Source: Tubiluchus corallicola (taxonomy: Eukaryota; Animalia; Priapulida). From it: 64,000 nucleotides of DNA. A program made the position numbers and the translations under genes. The stretch spans positions 62,001 to 126,000 of the forward strand of contig JAQGDQ010002385.1 in assembly GCA_030141605.1 (NCBI GenBank). The letters run 5' to 3'. The notes under the pieces are model-generated. The model had not been told where the DNA came from and did not search any database. It saw only the letters and a program-made list of their open reading frames with translations. Positions 50,994 to 63,379 of this stretch are shown here, in pieces. Position 1 is the stretch's first letter; every line of letters starts with the position of its first letter.

Positions 50994-51197
50994 GTGTACG
51001 TTGTTGTTCGTGATAATAACCTTGACCAAGCCCTAAAAGTTCTTAAGAAAAAAATGCAACGTGAAGGCGTGTTTCGCGAAATGAAGCTACGCCGCTGTTA
51101 TGAAAAACGCTCCGAAAAGAAAACACGAGAAAAAGCCGAGGCTGTACGGCGCGCGCGGAAACTCGAAAGAAAACGCCTCGAACGTGAGGGATTCTAA
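50994..51197 (+). CDS. rpsU: 30S ribosomal protein S21
   Basis: [22 protein letters not shown]; GTG start. Confidence 0.97.
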   Translation: MYVVVRDNNLDQALKVLKKKMQREGVFREMKLRRCYEKRSEKKTREKAEAVRRARKLERKRLEREGF

Positions 51198-51367
51198 ACA
51201 AAATACTCTTCCTTTCGGCTTGGAATAACTTAAGTTCGCTCTCCTTTAGCATCTTGTTCCCATAGACTAAGCCAATCCCCTTATCTTTTGCAAGCCCCTA
51301 TACATTACTTTAACAAGCTTTCGGCTCTATGCAGAAAATATACGCATAAAAAATTAGGAAGAAAATA

Positions 51368-51847
51368 ATGGCTAAAGCCCTCCTCCTATATGGTTCAACA
51401 ACAGGAAATACAGCCGCGGCGGCTAATTTCATCAAAAACTATCTCGAAAAAGAAAATATCAAAACAACCGTTAGTGATGTCGCAAGCAGTAACGCCTTAA
51501 CACTCCTGCTTGAACAAGCATACGATCTTCTGCTTATCGGCTGCTCCTCCTGGGGAATGGAAAAAGAAGAAATACAGGAGGATATGGAAAATTTTCTACA
51601 CACCATCCAAGAAATTCCTCACAAAGATTTTCTAAAAAATAAACCTGTCGCTATTTTCGGATGCGGCGATCAACAGTATAAATTTTTCTGTTCCGCTGTC
51701 GATCTCATGGAATCTATCTTAAAAAATGATGGCTGCTTTATTCTCACCGAAGCCATGAAAATTGCCGATCCATGGGAAGAGCGAAAACAACAAATCATCG
51801 CTTGGATACAAAAATTAACCACGCAATTCCAAAATATACACTTGTAA
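51368..51847 (+). CDS. Short-chain flavodoxin
   Basis: YGSTTGNT, GCSSWG, FGCGD..Y..FC.AVD. Confidence 0.9.
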   Translation: MAKALLLYGSTTGNTAAAANFIKNYLEKENIKTTVSDVASSNALTLLLEQAYDLLLIGCSSWGMEKEEIQEDMENFLHTIQEIPHKDFLKNKPVAIFGCGDQQYKFFCSAVDLMESILKNDGCFILTEAMKIADPWEERKQQIIAWIQKLTTQFQNIHL

Positions 51848-52017
51848 ATACTCTCTTTTCACTATACTAAAATCAGATATCTTTTAGCTTTCAACACTTA
51901 AAAACCACCATAGCCGTATAAAAAGAAAATTAAAATTCTCAAAAAAATTACTCTTGACGAAAGACCAGTTTTAAGAAACATTAGAGCAGAAAAAATAAAA
52001 CCATTGGAATCATGATT

Positions 52018-52593
52018 ATGAACACTCAACAACCACAATGGCACGCCACAACAATTATCGCTGTCCGACGCTACGGCATCGTCGCCATCGCTGGAGACGG
52101 GCAAGTTACTTTAGGCGCCTCCATCCTAAAAAATACAGCTCGTAAAATCAGACGAATGAGTAACGGAAGCGTCATCGCCGGATTTGCCGGCGCGACCGCT
52201 GATGCCTTTACTTTATTTGAGCGCCTTGAAACAAAACTTGACCTCTATCCCAGGCAACTCAATCGCGCCTGTGTAGAGCTGGCAAGAGACTGGCGAACAG
52301 ATAAATATCTAAGACGGCTGGAAGCCATGATGATCACCGCTGACAGTGAGAATACATTCCTGCTAAGCGGACAAGGCGATGTTCTGGAACCAGACGATAA
52401 TATTGTCACAATCGGTTCGGGAGGCAATATGGCTCTCTCTGCCGCGCGCGCGCTTTATCAAAATACAGAATTAACCGCGCAGGAAATCGTGCAGAAATCG
52501 CTCCAAATTGCCGCATCAATCTGCGTCTATACCAACACCAATATCACCCTTGAATATCTTGAAAACAACGAAACTGGAAATATTACAGAATGA
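52018..52593 (+). CDS. hslV: ATP-dependent protease subunit HslV
   Basis: [23 protein letters not shown]. Confidence 0.97.
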   Translation: MNTQQPQWHATTIIAVRRYGIVAIAGDGQVTLGASILKNTARKIRRMSNGSVIAGFAGATADAFTLFERLETKLDLYPRQLNRACVELARDWRTDKYLRRLEAMMITADSENTFLLSGQGDVLEPDDNIVTIGSGGNMALSAARALYQNTELTAQEIVQKSLQIAASICVYTNTNITLEYLENNETGNITE

Positions 52594-53903
52594 CAGACTT
52601 TACACCTCGGGAAATTGTTTCTGAATTGGATCGCTATATCATCGGGCAAAAAGACGCCAAAAGAGCCGTTGCAATCGCTCTGCGAAACCGCTGGCGTCGC
52701 CGCCAGCTAAGCTCCGAGATCCGAGATGAGGTGCTGCCACGAAATATCCTCATGATTGGGCCAACAGGTGTTGGAAAAACAGAAATCGCACGGCGACTCG
52801 CTAAACTCGCTAACGCTCCTTTTATTAAAGTGGAGGCGACAAAATTCACAGAAGTCGGCTATGTTGGACGAGACGTTGAGCAAATCGTTCGCGATCTCAT
52901 CGAAACATCCATCCATATAACACGAAAAGCCATGCATAAAAAAGTGCATCAAAAAGCACAGGCCGCCGCGGAGGAACGTGTGCTTAACGCACTTGTCGGT
53001 GATAATACATCCGACGAAACACGACAGCATTTCAGAAAGCTCCTGCGAGAAGGCGCCTTGGATAAACGAGAAATCGAGTTCGAAGTTCGGCAGCGAAGCA
53101 ACACAAATATGCCAACAATCGATATACCCGGAATGCCTGGCGCTCAAATGGGAATGCTTAATATCAACGACCTTATTGGCGATGCTTTCGGCTCACGAAA
53201 AAAGAAAATAAAAACAACCGTGGCAGACTCACACAGTATCCTGCTTGAAGAAGAATCCGACCTGCTTTTAGACGAGGATAAAGTCATTAAAGAAGCCATA
53301 AAAGTAACAGAAAATAACGGAATCGTCTTCCTTGATGAAATCGATAAAATTACAGGCCGAGCCAGAAGCTCCAGTAGCGGAGAAGTCAGCCGTGAAGGTG
53401 TTCAGCGCGATTTGCTCCCTCTGCTTGAAGGAACAACCGTCTCCACAAAATACGGCCCTGTGCAAACAGACCATATTCTCTTTATCGCCTCTGGTGCCTT
53501 CCATACCTCAAGGCCTGCGGATATGCTCCCAGAGCTCCAGGGACGCCTGCCAATCCGCGTTGAGTTACGTGCTCTTGATAAAAATGACTTCAAACGAATC
53601 CTCACAGAAACAGAAGCCAACCTCATTAGACAGTATCACGCCCTAATGGCCGTAGAAGGACTCGAGCTTACCTTTACCGGCAACGCTATTGATGAAATCG
53701 CCTCCATCGCTGTGCAAATCAATACATCCGTCGAAAATATCGGCGCGAGACGTCTCCAAACCGTTATGGAAAAGTTGCTCGAAGATATCAGCTTTGAAGC
53801 ATCAGAAAAAGACGACGAGAAAATCGAGATTAACCAAGAAGATGTACAGGAGAAACTTTCAGAATTGCTGAAAACAACCGACTTGTCAAATTTCATCCTC
53901 TAA
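52590..53903 (+). CDS. hslU: ATP-dependent protease ATPase HslU
   Basis: [22 protein letters not shown]. Confidence 0.98.
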   Translation: MTDFTPREIVSELDRYIIGQKDAKRAVAIALRNRWRRRQLSSEIRDEVLPRNILMIGPTGVGKTEIARRLAKLANAPFIKVEATKFTEVGYVGRDVEQIVRDLIETSIHITRKAMHKKVHQKAQAAAEERVLNALVGDNTSDETRQHFRKLLREGALDKREIEFEVRQRSNTNMPTIDIPGMPGAQMGMLNINDLIGDAFGSRKKKIKTTVADSHSILLEEESDLLLDEDKVIKEAIKVTENNGIVFLDEIDKITGRARSSSSGEVSREGVQRDLLPLLEGTTVSTKYGPVQTDHILFIASGAFHTSRPADMLPELQGRLPIRVELRALDKNDFKRILTETEANLIRQYHALMAVEGLELTFTGNAIDEIASIAVQINTSVENIGARRLQTVMEKLLEDISFEASEKDDEKIEINQEDVQEKLSELLKTTDLSNFIL

Positions 53904-53926
53904 GCATATCCTTAATCGCAAATCTC

Positions 53927-53955
53927 TTGACAATCTGTTCGTTTCATTCTATCCT
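53927..53955 (+). promoter_or_regulatory. Sigma70-type promoter of the ffh operon
   Basis: TTGACA-N17-TATCCT. Confidence 0.65.
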
Positions 53956-54081
53956 ACGTGCTTTGTTTATCTTCTGTTTTTCTTTCTAAAAGGAAATTAA
54001 GTCCCGCAAGGGATAACGCTGATCTGTGAGTTTCACACATTGGTGCATTTGTACATGTAATAACAAACTATAGAGAAAGGC

Positions 54082-55440
54082 ATGTTTGAATCCTTATCAG
54101 CCCGTTTGGGAACAATTTTTGGGCAACTGACCAAAAGCGGCATCTTAACAGAACAAAATGTTACAGAAGCTCTGCGAGAAGTCCGGTTGGCGCTTTTGGA
54201 AGCTGATGTCTCCCTTATCGCCGTTAACGCCCTCATTGAAAATGTTAGAGAGCAAGCCGTCGGTGAAAAAGTCTTAAAAAGCGTCACGCCGGCACAGATG
54301 GTCATCAAGATCGTTCATGATGAAATCATCTCACTTCTGGGAGAAGAAGAGCCACTCAACCTCGCCGCCTCCCCGCCCGCCGCAATCCTAATGGTCGGGT
54401 TACAAGGATCCGGTAAAACAACAACCAGCGCGAAACTCGCACACTTCATCCGAAAAAACCATAATAAAAAAATCCTCTTGGCATCCTTGGATATCTACCG
54501 TCCAGCCGCGCAAGAACAGCTCAAAATCCTAGGGCAACAAATCAATACACCGACCCTTCCCTCCATCATCGGGGAGCAGCCTGCAGGAATCGCTAAACGC
54601 GCCATGGATACAGGAAGAATAGAAGGATACGATATCGTTATTCTCGACACCGCAGGACGTCTCCATATCGATAACAAGCTCATGGATGAAGTCGCCACTG
54701 TCTCACAAATCACAAACCCCATAGAGACTCTCTTGGTCGTAGACGCTATGACGGGGCAAGACGCCGTTAATATCGCAAAAGAGTTCCATAGCAAAATCAC
54801 TCTCTCGGGAATTATACTCTCCCGCCTAGACGGTGATTCACGCGGAGGCGCCGCTCTTTCCATGCGCTCTGTCACAGGATGCCCCATAAAACTTTCTGGA
54901 ATCGGTGAAAAAATAGACCAGATAGAACCTTTCCGGGCACGGCAAATGGCCGACCGAATTCTTGGAAAAGGCGATATTGTCAGCCTCGTTGAAAAAGCCA
55001 GTGAGACAATCGGCAAGGAAGACGCTCAAAAGGTAACACGAAAACTCCTGAAAGGAGCGTTTACTCTCGACGATATGAATCAACAACTCGACCAGGTCAA
55101 GCAAATGGGCGGTCTGTCAAATATCGCCAGCATGCTGCCGGGATACCAAAAAATAAAACATAAGGTCGATACCGCTCACTTTGATGATAAAATGATCGCA
55201 AGACAACAAGCGCTTATTTTATCAATGACGCTGCAAGAACGTCAGAATCCAAAAATACTCAACGCCTCAAGACGGCGACGTATCGCAAAAGGAGCCGGTC
55301 AAACAATTCAGGATCTAAATCGCCTGTTAAAGCAATATAAGCAAATGGCCACAATGATGAAAAAATTCGGAGGGCTTGGGAAAAAAGGACTCCTAACAGG
55401 AAAAATGCCCTTCCTAAAAGGAAATAATTTTCCATTCTAA
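54082..55440 (+). CDS. ffh: Signal recognition particle protein
   Basis: GLQGSGKT, DTAGR, M domain. Confidence 0.98.
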   Translation: MFESLSARLGTIFGQLTKSGILTEQNVTEALREVRLALLEADVSLIAVNALIENVREQAVGEKVLKSVTPAQMVIKIVHDEIISLLGEEEPLNLAASPPAAILMVGLQGSGKTTTSAKLAHFIRKNHNKKILLASLDIYRPAAQEQLKILGQQINTPTLPSIIGEQPAGIAKRAMDTGRIEGYDIVILDTAGRLHIDNKLMDEVATVSQITNPIETLLVVDAMTGQDAVNIAKEFHSKITLSGIILSRLDGDSRGGAALSMRSVTGCPIKLSGIGEKIDQIEPFRARQMADRILGKGDIVSLVEKASETIGKEDAQKVTRKLLKGAFTLDDMNQQLDQVKQMGGLSNIASMLPGYQKIKHKVDTAHFDDKMIARQQALILSMTLQERQNPKILNASRRRRIAKGAGQTIQDLNRLLKQYKQMATMMKKFGGLGKKGLLTGKMPFLKGNNFPF

Positions 55441-55493
55441 CAGTTTTGAAAATATCGTAAAAACCAACATCAACATATAAGGATACCTATTGA

Positions 55494-55880
55494 ATGTCAG
55501 TTAAAATACGTCTTGCCAGAGGGGGAGCCAAAAAACGCCCCTATTACCATATCGTTGCAGCAGATGCCCGCAGCCCACGCGACGGGCGATTCATTGAACG
55601 TCTAGGAAGCTATAATCCCATGATTCCCAAAGACGCCGAAAACCGAGTCATTCTGAAAACAGACCGTATTCAACATTGGCTCTCTGTCGGCGCGCAGCCA
55701 ACCGATCGCGTAGCAAGGATGCTCGCAAAAGCCGGGCTCATAAAAGCTCTCGCTATACCACAGCAAACGAAAAAAAATAAACCCAAAGCAAAGGCACAAG
55801 AGCGCTTAAACGAACTCAAAGAAAAAGAAGCGCAAGCCGCAGAAGCAGCAACGCAACAAGATGCTGACAATAGCGCATAA
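55494..55880 (+). CDS. rpsP: 30S ribosomal protein S16
   Basis: [16 protein letters not shown]. Confidence 0.98.
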   Translation: MSVKIRLARGGAKKRPYYHIVAADARSPRDGRFIERLGSYNPMIPKDAENRVILKTDRIQHWLSVGAQPTDRVARMLAKAGLIKALAIPQQTKKNKPKAKAQERLNELKEKEAQAAEAATQQDADNSA

Positions 55881-55937
55881 TCTCTCAAAGAATATCCTGA
55901 GTATCTTGTAGCAAACAGTAAGGTGCATATTTCCAAA

Positions 55938-56498
55938 ATGATGATAACAACACAGCATAGTAAGAAAACTCCCTCTTCTCATTCCGAGGCATCACAAAAC
56001 GGAACATGGCTGAAAGTCGCACTCATTACAGGGGTAAAAGGTCTTAAAGGAGAGGTTCGTATCAAAAGCTTTACAGACGATCCTCACTCTATTGAAACCT
56101 TTCTCTTACATGACGAAAAAGGGCAGGAGTTCGCTCTGCAAATCAAAGAAGTACGTAAAGATATCCTTATCGCAAAAATTAACGGGATTAATAACCGTGA
56201 TGATGCAGAAGCCCTGAAAGGGACATGGCTGTACGCAGAACGAAACGCTTTTGCCGCTCCGGATCATGAAGAATATTTCCACGCCGATCTTATCGGGCTT
56301 AATGTTTTCACATCGGATAAAACCCACATGGGAACAGTCCGAGCCGTTCATAATTTCGGCAGTAGCGATATCCTAGAAATCGAAAACAGCCGATCTATTA
56401 TGATCCCATTTAATAAAAATTTCGTCCCCGTTGTCGATATTAACCAAAAAACAATCATCATTAACCCACCTGAAGATCTATTGGATAACACAAAATAG
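55938..56498 (+). CDS. rimM: Ribosome maturation factor RimM
   Basis: GLKGEVRI, EEYFHADLIG, NFGSSDILE; start uncertain. Confidence 0.95.
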   Translation: MMITTQHSKKTPSSHSEASQNGTWLKVALITGVKGLKGEVRIKSFTDDPHSIETFLLHDEKGQEFALQIKEVRKDILIAKINGINNRDDAEALKGTWLYAERNAFAAPDHEEYFHADLIGLNVFTSDKTHMGTVRAVHNFGSSDILEIENSRSIMIPFNKNFVPVVDINQKTIIINPPEDLLDNTK

Positions 56499-56507
56499 CA
56501 TCAGCCC

Positions 56508-57248
56508 ATGAATCAGAGCCATAAAACAGCAACAAAAACTTTTCAGGTTACTATCCTGACGTTGTTTCCCGAGCTTTTTCCGGGACCTCTGGCAGCTTCC
56601 CTTTCTGGGCAAGCGCTCCAGAAAAAACAATGGTCTCTGAAAACGCTCCACTTTCGAGACTATGCGACAAATAATCAACATCGTTCCGTTGACGATACTC
56701 CATTTGGTGGCGGTAGCGGCATGATTATGCGCCCCGACGTCATCGGAAAGACAATCGACGCTGCTATTGAGCAAAAAGCGACTCTTCCTTTGATTTATCT
56801 CTCTCCTCGAGGAGACCCCCTTAAGCAACAAACCGTTAAAACACTCGCAAAAGGGCAAGGAATGACCTTGATCTGCGGACGATTCGAGGGAATTGATCAA
56901 CGCGTTTTAGAAGCCTATGATATTATGGAAATCAGCATGGGTGACTATCTTCTTTCAGGAGGTGAGCTTGCGGCTATGGCTCTTGTTGACGCTTGCGTCC
57001 GGCTACAGCCTGGTGTTATTGGATCTAAAAAATCCTTAGAAGAAGAAAGCTTCGAGCATGGACTGCTAGAATATTCACACTATACACGGCCAGCTTGCTG
57101 GAAGGAGAGGCAAGTTCCAGAAATTCTCCTTTCTGGGCATCACGCCCGTATCCAATCATGGCGCCTTGAAAACGCTCGGGAAATCACAAAAAAACGACGA
57201 CCCGACTTATGGGAATCTTATTGCCAAAATTTGAAACATACACACTAA
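56508..57248 (+). CDS. trmD: tRNA (m1G37) methyltransferase
   Basis: VDDTPFGGG.GM, CGRFEGID, SGGE, SGHH. Confidence 0.97.
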   Translation: MNQSHKTATKTFQVTILTLFPELFPGPLAASLSGQALQKKQWSLKTLHFRDYATNNQHRSVDDTPFGGGSGMIMRPDVIGKTIDAAIEQKATLPLIYLSPRGDPLKQQTVKTLAKGQGMTLICGRFEGIDQRVLEAYDIMEISMGDYLLSGGELAAMALVDACVRLQPGVIGSKKSLEEESFEHGLLEYSHYTRPACWKERQVPEILLSGHHARIQSWRLENAREITKKRRPDLWESYCQNLKHTH

Positions 57249-57285
57249 AATGCATGCATTCTAAAAAATTAAAGAGGTAACAATT

Positions 57286-57687
57286 ATGAATATTATTGAG
57301 AAAATCGAACAAGAACAGGTGGATCAACTTCTTAAAGAACGCCCTGTTCCAGAATTTTCATCCGGCGATACCCTTAAAGTTCACGTAAAGGTCATCGAAG
57401 GAACACGCGAACGAATCCAGATTTATGAAGGCGTCTGTATCGGACGGAAAAGTAGAGGGATCAACTCCTCCTTCACTGTTAGGAAAATCTCCTACGGAGA
57501 AGGTGTGGAAAGAATCTTCCCACTTTATTCTCCCAATATCAAAGAAATTGAAGTCGTACGGCGTGGCTCTGTGCGAAGAGCTAAACTCTATTACCTACGC
57601 GAACTCAGAGGAAAAGCCGCCCGTATCGCCGAAAAAACAACCGGCTACGCAGCAAAACTCAATAAAAAAACTAAAGGTAAAAAATAA
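57286..57687 (+). CDS. rplS: 50S ribosomal protein L19
   Basis: [18 protein letters not shown]. Confidence 0.98.
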   Translation: MNIIEKIEQEQVDQLLKERPVPEFSSGDTLKVHVKVIEGTRERIQIYEGVCIGRKSRGINSSFTVRKISYGEGVERIFPLYSPNIKEIEVVRRGSVRRAKLYYLRELRGKAARIAEKTTGYAAKLNKKTKGKK

Positions 57688-57734
57688 TAAAAACATCTCA
57701 TTAAATTCTTCAATTTTATCTAGGAGATCCTTAA

Positions 57735-59141
57735 ATGACAGCACTGCGAACAGTTTTCGATAAAATTTGGGATAGCCACTCTGTACATGTACAACAGGAT
57801 GGAACAACGATCTTGTATATTGATCGGCATCTCATTCACGAAGTCACAAGCGCACAAGCCTTCGAAGGGCTGAAAAATGCTCACAGAAAAGTCCTCCATC
57901 CCAAAGCCACACTCGCTGTCGCAGACCATAATGTCCCAACAATCAACCGCGCGCAGGGAATCAAGGATCCACAAGCAAAACTCCAAATCGAAACATTGGA
58001 AAAAAATTGCAAGAACAATGATATTACCTTTCTATCCATGGAAGACGAACGCCAAGGAGTCGTCCATATCATAGGACCAGAACAAGGGTTTACACTTCCG
58101 GGAACAACCATCGTCTGCGGCGATTCCCATACCGCAACACACGGTGCCTTCGGCGCCCTGGCTTTTGGTATAGGAACCTCTGAAGTGGAGCATGTCCTCG
58201 CAACCAGCACACTTCTACAAAAACGGCCTCTCAATATGAGAGTTACCGTCCGTGGAAAGCTCGGCGCAGGAATAACCGCTAAAGATATTATCCTCGCCAT
58301 TATCGGAAAAATCGGTACCGCAGGCGGTACAGGACATGTTATCGAATTTACAGGCGATGCTATAACATCCCTTTCTATGGAAAGCAGAATGACTCTCTGC
58401 AATATGGCTATTGAGGCCGGTGCTCGTGCCGGAATGGTTGCCCCAGATCAGAAAACATTTGATTATCTCGAAAATCTGCCCATGGCTCCTAAAGGAGAAC
58501 TTTTCCTACAAGCCGTCAGCTACTGGAAAACGCTCTCTTCCGATCCGGGCGCTACCTACGATAGTGAAGTCGTATTAGACGCACAAGAGCTTATCCCACA
58601 AGTCACATGGGGAACCTCACCGGAAGACGTCCTCCCCATAACAGGAGAAATTCCCAATCCAGAAAATGCAGCAGACGAAACAACTCAACAATCCCTCCAG
58701 CGAAAACTCGACTATATGGGACTAACACCAGGGCAAAAAATCGATACCGTAGCCATCGATCGAGTCTTTATCGGCTCATGCACAAATGGGCGCATCGAAG
58801 ACCTACGCGCCGCCGCTGAAATTCTCAAAAATAAAACTATTCACCCTAACGTTTCCGTTCTTGTGGTCCCTGGGTCCGGACTCGTAAAAAAACAAGCTGA
58901 ATCTGAAGGGCTCGATAAGATTTTCCAGGAAGCGGGATGTGAATGGCGCGAGCCAGGATGCTCCATGTGCCTGGCAATGAACGATGATAAACTCAAACCA
59001 TTAGAGCGATGCGCTTCGACTTCCAACCGAAATTTCGAAGGACGGCAAGGGCGAGATAGCCGAACACACCTGCTCAGCCCAATCATGGCCGCAGCAGCAG
59101 CCATAGAAGGGCATTTAACAGACGTACGTAAATATTTATAG
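57735..59141 (+). CDS. leuC: 3-isopropylmalate dehydratase large subunit
   Basis: [30 protein letters not shown]. Confidence 0.98.
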   Translation: MTALRTVFDKIWDSHSVHVQQDGTTILYIDRHLIHEVTSAQAFEGLKNAHRKVLHPKATLAVADHNVPTINRAQGIKDPQAKLQIETLEKNCKNNDITFLSMEDERQGVVHIIGPEQGFTLPGTTIVCGDSHTATHGAFGALAFGIGTSEVEHVLATSTLLQKRPLNMRVTVRGKLGAGITAKDIILAIIGKIGTAGGTGHVIEFTGDAITSLSMESRMTLCNMAIEAGARAGMVAPDQKTFDYLENLPMAPKGELFLQAVSYWKTLSSDPGATYDSEVVLDAQELIPQVTWGTSPEDVLPITGEIPNPENAADETTQQSLQRKLDYMGLTPGQKIDTVAIDRVFIGSCTNGRIEDLRAAAEILKNKTIHPNVSVLVVPGSGLVKKQAESEGLDKIFQEAGCEWREPGCSMCLAMNDDKLKPLERCASTSNRNFEGRQGRDSRTHLLSPIMAAAAAIEGHLTDVRKYL

Positions 59142-59164
59142 CGATATACAGAAAGAAGCATCCT

Positions 59165-59779
59165 ATGAAACCTTTTACAGAATTAACAGCAATCGCAGCT
59201 CCTTTACCACTTAAAAATATCGATACGGACATGATTATCCCTAAACAGTTCCTCAAAACAATCAAACGATCCGGGCTAGGGGAAAATCTCTTTTTTGAAA
59301 TGCGCTATCATAGTGACGGAGCAGAAATTAACGATTTTATCTTAAACCAATCCCCGTGGCGAAACGCGGAAATACTTATCTGTGGCGATAATTTTGGATG
59401 TGGATCAAGTCGTGAGCACGCCCCTTGGGCTCTGTTGGATTTCGGAATCCGCTGCGTTATAGCTCCCTCATTTGCCGATATATTCTTCAATAATTCCATT
59501 AAAAACGGAATCCTTCTGATTCAACTCGATATCAATATTATCAATACCTTAACTCAATTGGTCTCCGATCCTAAGCACGCCTCCCTGTCCGTTAATCTTC
59601 AAGAACAAAAAATCTATATGGACGATCATTCTTCTTTTTCTTTTGAAATTGACTCTTTCCGAAAAAATTGCCTCCTTAACGGATTGGATCATATTGATAT
59701 GACCCTTCAATATCATAAAAAAATACAAGCCTTTGAGGACAATTATCAAAAAGCCTATCCATGGCTTTCGCTAAAATAA
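59165..59779 (+). CDS. leuD: 3-isopropylmalate dehydratase small subunit
   Basis: [19 protein letters not shown]. Confidence 0.98.
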   Translation: MKPFTELTAIAAPLPLKNIDTDMIIPKQFLKTIKRSGLGENLFFEMRYHSDGAEINDFILNQSPWRNAEILICGDNFGCGSSREHAPWALLDFGIRCVIAPSFADIFFNNSIKNGILLIQLDINIINTLTQLVSDPKHASLSVNLQEQKIYMDDHSSFSFEIDSFRKNCLLNGLDHIDMTLQYHKKIQAFEDNYQKAYPWLSLK

Positions 59780-59789
59780 AGGAAAAAAA

Positions 59790-60905
59790 ATGCCCAAAAC
59801 TCTATTGCTCTTACCTGGTGACGGAATCGGCCAAGAAGTTATGGACGAAGTCGTTAAAATTATCGAATGGCTAAATATATATCGCTCGGCAGACTTTGTT
59901 ACGCAAACAGATGCAATAGGCGGCGCCGCTTACGACGCCTATCAAACCCCTCTGCTTGATAAAACCCTGGAAAATGCCATAGCCGCAGATGCCGTAATAC
60001 TCGGCGCTGTCGGCGGTCCCAAATGGGATGACCTCCCTTATGAGCTTAAACCTGAACGCGGTCTTCTGCGATTGCGAAAAGAAATGAAACTCTTCGCAAA
60101 TCTACGGCCCGCTCTTGTCTTTGACTCTCTGGTAGACGCCTCAACTCTGAAGTCAGAAGTTATTAAAAATCTCGATATTATGATCGTGCGGGAGCTCACA
60201 GGCGGAGTCTATTTTGGTGAGCCACGTGGTATAGAAACTCTAAAAGACGGCCAACGCCGCGGCGTCAACACGCAAGTATACACAACAGAGGAAATCGAAA
60301 GAATCGCCCATGTCGCCTTCGATCTCGCACGCAAACGAAACAATAACGTATGTTCTGTTGAAAAATCAAACGTCATGGAAAGCGGCCTTCTCTGGCGAGA
60401 AGACGTAACGGCTCTCCATAAAAAACACTATGACGATGTCACTCTATCCCACATGTACGCCGATAACTGCGCTATGCAGCTTGTACGAAATCCAACACAA
60501 TTTGATGTGATTTTAACAGATAATCTCTTTGGCGATCTGCTCTCTGATTGCGCCGCCATGCTGACAGGCTCCCTAGGAATGCTTCCCTCCGCCAGTATGG
60601 GCGCTGAAGATTCAGCAGGAAAAAGACCCGCTCTTTATGAGCCCGTTCACGGAAGCGCCCCTGATATTGCCGGAGAAAATAAAGCTAACCCTCTTGCGAC
60701 AATTCTCAGCTTTTCCATGATGCTACGCTATTCATTCAATATGAACGATGAAGCGGACCTTATTGAAAATTCAATTCAAAACTTGCTTAAAAGTGGCTTG
60801 AGAACATCTGATATCATGCAAAAAGGGATGGCTGTCGTCTCAACAAAGACTATGGGCGATGCACTGCTGGATGAAATGCATAAACAAGCCAATCATACAA
60901 ACTAA
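59790..60905 (+). CDS. leuB: 3-isopropylmalate dehydrogenase
   Basis: [26 protein letters not shown]. Confidence 0.98.
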   Translation: MPKTLLLLPGDGIGQEVMDEVVKIIEWLNIYRSADFVTQTDAIGGAAYDAYQTPLLDKTLENAIAADAVILGAVGGPKWDDLPYELKPERGLLRLRKEMKLFANLRPALVFDSLVDASTLKSEVIKNLDIMIVRELTGGVYFGEPRGIETLKDGQRRGVNTQVYTTEEIERIAHVAFDLARKRNNNVCSVEKSNVMESGLLWREDVTALHKKHYDDVTLSHMYADNCAMQLVRNPTQFDVILTDNLFGDLLSDCAAMLTGSLGMLPSASMGAEDSAGKRPALYEPVHGSAPDIAGENKANPLATILSFSMMLRYSFNMNDEADLIENSIQNLLKSGLRTSDIMQKGMAVVSTKTMGDALLDEMHKQANHTN

Positions 60906-61133
60906 TCTATCGCTGAATTGAAAAAAGCTTGGTCTTAAAACCTTATTTAAGGCTAAGCTTTCATGTCGCTCTTTTTACTAATGGCAATTTCTTCCCAAGA
61001 AGAGACATAATAACGGTAGAGCAGGAACTTAAGGACTTCACAACTGGTCGCGCTCTTGCTTTATTAATGACTGCCCTTACAGATCAGATCGCCAGCCCAT
61101 CGTTAGCTGCTATTCTCTGCGGAAATATCGTGC

Positions 61134-63338
61134 TTACTCTTCTCTGTTGACAAAACTCGCTACAATCTTCTTTTCATCTCCATTCTCAAAACAAATATGA
61201 AGACGATCGCCCTCTATCGCCAAAATTGTCCCATAACCAAATTTACGATGAAAAACACGATCGCCAATCTGAAGACGACTCTCTTCCTTATTTATAAATC
61301 CCTCGGAACTTTGCTCCCGTTGAGTTTGAAAATCCGAAAAAGAAACGTGTTCGCCTTTCCTTTTACGAAAAGACGTGCGCCTCTTTCTATTAGCAGAAAC
61401 AGAAAAGTCACTCTGACGCGAAACATCCTCCTCCGAAAGCTCACTGAGAAAACGAGACGGCAAAGCCGCCTGCCAACGGCCAAAAAGACAACGATTGGCC
61501 GTAAATAAAATCACCGCGCGCTTACGCGCGCGCGTTATACCAACATACGCTAAACGACGCTCTTCCTCCAGTGCATTTCTCTCTCCTTCATCAAGAGAAC
61601 GCTGGTTGGGGAAAATTCCTTCTTCCCATCCCGGGAGAAAAACCGTATCAAATTCAAGGCCCTTTGCACTATGCAAGGTCATTAAATAAATCTTGCTCTC
61701 TTCATCACTTTCCTCGTTTTCCATCACTAAACTAACATGTTCAAGAAAATCTTGAAACGTCTGAAATCCCCCTAAAGCAGACAGCATTTCTTTAAGATTA
61801 TCAATACGGCCCGCTGCCTCTACACTGGATTCACGACGCCACATTTCCATATATCCCGACTCCTCCAAAATATCATGTGCCGCCGCCCTATGATCCTCTT
61901 CCGCCAACTGCTTAAGACCAATAGCAGCACGCCCCTTGATAACCCCTTCCGAAAGTAAATGAGACACCGCAGAAACCATCGATATTTCACGCGCCTGCCC
62001 ACACTCCCTAATCATCCTTAAAGTCGAGCTCCCAACACCACGACGAGGAAGATTCACTATCCGCTCAAACGCTAAATCATCCGCAGGCTGATACGCAATT
62101 CTAAGCCACGCAATCGCATCCCTTATCTCCTGGCGCTCATAAAAACGCGCGCCTCCTATAATACGATACGGTATCCCACACGCTATAAACTGCTCCTCAA
62201 ATTCCCGCATCTGAAAAGACGCGCGAACCAAAACCGCAATCTCAGAAGCACGCGTTCCATAATTTTCTAAACAATTCTCTATCGCCCTCGCAACCTGAAA
62301 CGCCTCTGCTTCCCCATCTCGAACACTCCTCACCAAAACTTTCTCGCCACCAGAATATACCGTCCACAACCTCTTCTTCCAACGGCTGCCATTATGATGA
62401 ATTAAGCTTGCCGCAGCTCCCAAAATATGCTGTGTTGAACGATAATTCTGCTCTAGGCGAATAACCGTTGCAGAAGGAAAATCTTTCTCAAACCTCAGAA
62501 TATTGCCGACCTCGGCGCCCCGCCAAGAATAAATCGACTGATCATCATCGCCAACACAACATAAATTACCATGTTGTTGCGCTAAAAGTCGAATCCATAA
62601 ATATTGAGCCATATTCGTATCTTGATACTCATCAACTAGAATATAGCGAAACCGACTCTGCCAATGTGCTAAAATATCCGGCCTGCTCTGAAACAGATGA
62701 ATGCACAGCATAACCAAATCGCCAAAATCAACCGCATTTAAAGATAAAAGGCGTTCCTGATAACGTGTGTAAACCTCCAAAGCCAGCTCTTGTTCTCGAC
62801 CGCCCTTACGCTCGGAGTGCGTAATTTGCTCAGGAAGCAAAACCTTATCCTTCCAACGCTGAATTAACGACAAAATTAAACGAGGCGGATAACGCTTCAC
62901 ATCCACAGAAAGAGACTGAAGCTCCTGCTTGACAAGGCGCAACGAATCATCCATATCAATAATCGTGAAATCACGCCCCAAACCAAGAACATGCGCGTTA
63001 TATCGCAAAATACGCGCCCCTAAAGAATGAAAAGTACCCATCCATAAAGCGTGAGCAGAGCGATCTGTCAGCTGAAGAACACGCTCCTTCATTTCATTCG
63101 CCGCCTTGTTCGTAAATGTCACAGCCATAATCTCACTCGGGCGTGCCAACCCCTGAAAAACCAACCATGAAAATCGCGAAGTTAAAACTTTTGTCTTTCC
63201 TGTTCCCGCGTCCGCGAGAACTAAAACAGGGCCTTCCGTTACCTCAACGGCCTGGCGCTGCGGTTCATTAAGAGAAGAAAGCATACGCTCCTCTTGAGCT
63301 TTCAAACCAGATTCTTCCTTAAAATCAAATAAATTCAT
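61134..63338 (-). CDS. uvrD: UvrD/PcrA SF1 DNA helicase
   Basis: TFTNKAA, VDEYQD, VGDDDQSIY, NYRS, TLHSAKGLEF, YVGITRA. Confidence 0.94.
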   Translation of the reverse strand: MNLFDFKEESGLKAQEERMLSSLNEPQRQAVEVTEGPVLVLADAGTGKTKVLTSRFSWLVFQGLARPSEIMAVTFTNKAANEMKERVLQLTDRSAHALWMGTFHSLGARILRYNAHVLGLGRDFTIIDMDDSLRLVKQELQSLSVDVKRYPPRLILSLIQRWKDKVLLPEQITHSERKGGREQELALEVYTRYQERLLSLNAVDFGDLVMLCIHLFQSRPDILAHWQSRFRYILVDEYQDTNMAQYLWIRLLAQQHGNLCCVGDDDQSIYSWRGAEVGNILRFEKDFPSATVIRLEQNYRSTQHILGAAASLIHHNGSRWKKRLWTVYSGGEKVLVRSVRDGEAEAFQVARAIENCLENYGTRASEIAVLVRASFQMREFEEQFIACGIPYRIIGGARFYERQEIRDAIAWLRIAYQPADDLAFERIVNLPRRGVGSSTLRMIRECGQAREISMVSAVSHLLSEGVIKGRAAIGLKQLAEEDHRAAAHDILEESGYMEMWRRESSVEAAGRIDNLKEMLSALGGFQTFQDFLEHVSLVMENEESDEESKIYLMTLHSAKGLEFDTVFLPGWEEGIFPNQRSLDEGERNALEEERRLAYVGITRARKRAVILFTANRCLFGRWQAALPSRFLSELSEEDVSRQSDFSVSANRKRRTSFRKRKGEHVSFSDFQTQREQSSEGFINKEESRLQIGDRVFHRKFGYGTILAIEGDRLHICFENGDEKKIVASFVNREE

Positions 63339-63379
63339 GATAGCTTTCCCACTCTTTAAAAAATAAACTGTCTCAGCAC

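Noticed and set aside
60929-61150. 73-aa ORF between leuB and uvrD
   Set aside because: TTG start, no clear RBS or motif; cannot be supported as a gene or ncRNA.
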